This document shows positions 60,295 through 64,000 of a stretch of DNA of 64,000 nucleotides, piece by piece (position 1 is the stretch's first letter; each line of letters opens with the position of its first letter). Below the pieces are notes generated by a model. That model worked only from the letters and a program-made list of their open reading frames with translations, ran no database searches and was not told where the DNA came from. The stretch is from an uncultured delta proteobacterium (GTDB taxonomy: Bacteria > Desulfobacterota > Desulfomonilia > UBA1062), in contig CAWCTR010000014.1 in assembly GCA_963798485.1 (NCBI GenBank), positions 320,001-384,000 on the forward strand, in the 5' to 3' direction. The position numbers and the translations under genes are program-made.

Positions 60295-61468
60295 ATGAGA
60301 GGGGTAAACGGCGGAGCAACCACGAAAAGGGTTCTTAGCCACCAGAATCACTGTCTCGCCGTTTTCCCCTGCTCAGCAAAAGAGCAGCTCTTCCTTGAAT
60401 TCAACCCCATCCCTGAGGATATAATAGCAGGCCCTGGCCAGCTTACTTGCTATGGTCTTGACCGCTACCATCTTGTGAGTCTTCGAAGCCTTCCTCTTGT
60501 AGTAGCCGGAGATCTTGGGGGATTGCCTCATTGAGAGATACGCCGCCTCGATAAATGCCCAGGCCAGATACCGGTTCCCATTCTTTACATTGCCTTTGCC
60601 CTTGCTCTTCCCATTGGATAACCTGCCGGTAGGGACACACCGGCAATACGAAGAGAAGTTACCCACTGATGAAAATCGTGAGATGTCCCCCACCTCCAGC
60701 ATGATCGTCATGGCTAGGATATCACCGATCCCGGGAACCATGTGCAGCTTCTCAAAAGCATCTCTTATCTTCACTTCTCTCTTGACCGTCTTCTCGATAT
60801 TCCTGATGTTCTTCCCGAGAAAGGTTATGGTCTCAAGGCTCGTTGTCCCAAGGAGCACGAGGTGTTCTTCCTTCAGTATCTGCTGAATGTCTTCTGCCTT
60901 GACCTTCCTCAAGGCATTCGCACTCATGTGCACGCCAGTGTTTCGCTCGATCATCGACTGAAGCGAGATGATATGGGCTGTCCTTTGCTTTACCAGGAAG
61001 GATCTCTTCCTCAGCAGGTCCCGAACCGGTCGCTCTTCCTTGGGATAAATATATCCTTCGGGGAGGATCCCAAGAGACAGCATCTGCGCCAGCCAGAACG
61101 CATCGTGCCTGTCATCAGCGTACTTGAGTCCTTTGTACTGTTGTATTGCTGCAGGATTGGCCAGATGCACACAGTCATATCCAGCCTCATTCAACCCATC
61201 TACTAACCAATACCAATTAAAAGTGCTCTCGACAGCTATCCCCCTGATCTCCTCACGGTAAGGGGCCAGGGTCCAGACAACCTCGTCCAGGTTATTCCTT
61301 ACCCGCTTCTCGAAAACTCGCTTCATTGTCCCTTTCTCGATCAGTCCGATGTAAGTGTTCCCTGAATGTAGATCCAACCCGGCATGCAGCTCTCTCATGA
61401 CACACCTCCTATTGACTTAGTACTTGTATTATAGCCGTGCGATGTTGGCGGAGGTGCCTTTTAGATGA
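60295..61468 (-). mobile_element. IS110-family element (ends tentative)
   Basis: IS110 transposase with short non-coding ends; ATGA at 60295 and 61465 is a candidate core duplication. Confidence 0.6.
60373..61398 (-). CDS. IS110-family DEDD recombinase/transposase
   Basis: GLDLH, VESTFNW, KYADDRHDA, VPGIG, SYCRCVP...SNGK and GNRYL. Confidence 0.93.
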   Translation of the reverse strand: MRELHAGLDLHSGNTYIGLIEKGTMKRVFEKRVRNNLDEVVWTLAPYREEIRGIAVESTFNWYWLVDGLNEAGYDCVHLANPAAIQQYKGLKYADDRHDAFWLAQMLSLGILPEGYIYPKEERPVRDLLRKRSFLVKQRTAHIISLQSMIERNTGVHMSANALRKVKAEDIQQILKEEHLVLLGTTSLETITFLGKNIRNIEKTVKREVKIRDAFEKLHMVPGIGDILAMTIMLEVGDISRFSSVGNFSSYCRCVPTGRLSNGKSKGKGNVKNGNRYLAWAFIEAAYLSMRQSPKISGYYKRKASKTHKMVAVKTIASKLARACYYILRDGVEFKEELLFC

Positions 61469-61577
61469 TTATCACGATATCAACGGTTTCTATCGATACG
61501 AGATGTTATACATATCGTTAATGAACTTTAATACGCTATGTCTGAAGTATAGATTAGATGGAGTGATTGGTGATATC

Positions 61578-62592
61578 TCATGGGCAGTCAGAGCATGCGA
61601 TCTCTGGCATCGGAATCGATTGGGTTCGTTTTAACTCATCTTCAAGTGGAAGATACATACGCAAGGTGAGAGAAAAGGGTCCTGAAGAAGGACATGGTAA
61701 CCAGTTATTATCATTAGTTGGCTTGTGAGGCGAAATTTTAATAATGAAAGATCCATCATTGCTCTTTGTTATAAGGGACCGATCACCTATACTGTAACGC
61801 TTTTCAATATTGGGCACTAAAAAGCTGTTTTTATCATACACAGTAAGACTCCAGAAACCGTCAATTCGTACTAGCGGTCGTCCATTAAAACGTATATCAT
61901 ATGAATGGCTTCCATCTAGCAGGCGCCCCATAGTATCAGTATATGCATTCCAGTATATTGCTTCCTCCGCCTGGTTCGCCGCTATCCCGATGCGTGCTAT
62001 GTAAGCACGAATGAGAGGTGGAGTGTAGCTCTGAGCAAGATCAAATCGGGTCATCCATGATCCATTCTTTACGGTTCCATTTCCTTTTTTGAGCAGCATA
62101 CCTAGGTGATAATCAGAGCGCCAGGTTCCCACGTTCCGCATGAAAGCCCAAACCAGGCTCGCGCCACCTTTCTGCCGGCCACCATCTGGGCAGTAAACAG
62201 GTTTCCCCCAGACTCTGTCCCGGACCCGATAAAGTAGCCCGGTTTCGATGACGTCTTTAACTTTTCGACAGCTCATCAGTGGTTCACTCTCGTTCGCCTT
62301 CCTGGTCCTCACCTGCCGAGGTCTTGCCTCGACTTTTCCTGAACCGCTCACCACCTGGGATCTTATCCCCACGCAGCGTCAGGCGGTTTGGGATCTGATC
62401 CTGTAACCCGATCCCGAGGGGCCTCCCCTCATCTCCCATGCAGCATGGCTGCTCCAATGTAGCCTTTGAAGACTACCTCTTCGCGCCTTCGTGGCGCACT
62501 TTATCGAAATAATCCAGCGATGGTGCCATGAGAGTCCATCCGGCAATAAAGGATACAACTATAACAGATGTAAAGATAATTGCTTTTTTCAT
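61578..62592 (-). pseudogene. DUF1214-domain exported protein interrupted by a group II intron remnant
   Basis: Exon 1 (62592-62500, MKKAIIF...DYFDK) joins exon 2 (62111-61578, YHLG...) in frame; ANQAEEAIY, FWSLTVYD, NWLP and LTLRMYLP motifs. Confidence 0.8.
62112..62499 (-). mobile_element. Group II intron 5' remnant (domain I only, no RT ORF or DV)
   Basis: Starts GTGCGCCACGAAGGCGCG. EBS1 TTTATCG (62227-62233) lies in a hairpin loop and is complementary to the exon end CGATAAA. EBS2 GGATAA pairs with IBS2 TTATTT. Ends ...GGGAACCTGGCGCTCTGAT. Confidence 0.8.
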
Positions 62593-62615
62593 GATCCCTC
62601 CAGACTTCTCTCCAC

Positions 62616-63176
62616 TTATTGATATAAATTACGTTGATATTCTTTCAAAAGAATAATTTTCATCCGGTCCTGAAGCTTGTGGACTCTGGGAAGGTCATCA
62701 TTCCCATCCACCAGTAACCTTGCCATCGCCCAAACCTTCTTGCCAGGAGATTTTAATACTGGTAATCCTCTCGCATCTCCGGCAAAATCCTTCCCGGCTA
62801 ATATTACCGTTACCGCTTTGTTGAGGCCATATTCTCGTGACCCAATATAGGCGAAAACATCTGTATTGTCCTTCATGAATTCTACACTCCAATATCGATC
62901 AGAAGGCGGCATGCTTATGATAAAAGGGCCTGAATCAATATCCACAGATGCAGCTGAGTAAAGAGTATCATTGTTTGGTCTTACGATCAGTCTTGATGTA
63001 TCATTTGCCAAATTTCTCTCATGAAGCCATCTGTTCATTCCGACTTCATGGGCAACCATTTCCCAAGTTCGGTTAAATTCCCTGCTCGGATATGAATATA
63101 TGGAAGCAACAAATCCTGCAGCATAGCTTAATATAACGATCAAACCCCAGAAAATAACTTTTTTCGTCATGGCCAT
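62616..63176 (-). CDS. DUF1254-domain exported protein
   Basis: IVRPNNDTLYS, RYWSVEFM and W.MARLLV; paired with a DUF1214 gene. Confidence 0.8.
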   Translation of the reverse strand: MAMTKKVIFWGLIVILSYAAGFVASIYSYPSREFNRTWEMVAHEVGMNRWLHERNLANDTSRLIVRPNNDTLYSAASVDIDSGPFIISMPPSDRYWSVEFMKDNTDVFAYIGSREYGLNKAVTVILAGKDFAGDARGLPVLKSPGKKVWAMARLLVDGNDDLPRVHKLQDRMKIILLKEYQRNLYQ

Positions 63177-63671
63177 ATCCTCTTATTATGAAGCCTTTTG
63201 ATGAACCCTATAGTTATTTCATCACATCCCTCAATGTGAAAAATCAAAGATTCAAAGCAAGATTGGACATAAACAATATAATTACATATTTTTATAAGGT
63301 AAACTAGTTAATATTTACATGTGAGGACAACGAAAGACAGACTGCATAGAATATATCAGCTGGATATCTCAATAGGAGACACTTTGGTCCAATATCGTCG
63401 CTTTGCCCATAGTGTATAGTTCTGCGCTAAATGGGCGGTTTTCGGTTTTACAATGTCCCCAACCTGATGATCTTGGTTCGAAACCTATGCGGTAAGGCTA
63501 TCCCCATCTGAGCGTGATCCCTTTTCATTATATATGGACTCAGTCTATATCAAAGATTCCTCCATCTCTTCTTGAGCATAGCTTTGGATCTCATTCTTTG
63601 GTATGATTCATTGCGGTATTTGAATTACACCCTGATATATACAAAAAATACTAACGAAAACAGCCTTATGA

Positions 63672-64000
<329 letters not shown>

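Noticed and set aside
61578-62372. 264-aa ORF as a real gene with a novel N terminus
   Set aside because: Its first ~87 residues are translated intron RNA; the true start is at 62592.

Overview
This 64 kb bacterial window is probably from a deltaproteobacterium, inferred from gene content. (1) 1-15.1 kb is an expanded glycosylation locus: five TMTC-like GT-C/TPR paralogues (one frameshifted), a PMT/ArnT-type GT-C, a GT2 polyprenol-P-sugar synthase and an IS3. (2) 15.2-27.2 kb is a sigma54-type operon resembling the Acinetobacter Fil / Pseudomonas Fap filament systems. It has three secreted subunit-like proteins sharing a double-glycine-leader-like motif, a C39 peptidase, a FapF/FilC-like barrel, a FadL/FilD-like barrel and a beta-propeller, and it points directly into the glycosyltransferase array. 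(3) 27-40 kb holds a six-PAS LuxR regulator and core genes (nth, PTS IID/HPr/EI, smpB, tldD, sppA, CheD-HDOD). (4) 40395-52232 is an 11.8 kb integrative element with 27-bp att repeats, arm sites, a tyrosine integrase, an excisionase and a Rep_trans-type initiator with a nick hairpin, disrupted by two tandem ISL3 copies. It inserts into a small gene, rebuilds that gene's 5' end, and carries an O-acyltransferase plus two more TMTC-like genes. (5) 52-64 kb holds trpB2, pth, uvrC, a REP doublet, plsB, rlpA, an IS110, a DUF1214 gene split by a 388-nt 5' group II intron remnant, a DUF1254 gene and the start of eno. Several 1-2 nt frameshifts may be sequencing errors. Family assignments come from recognising motifs; no database search was run.
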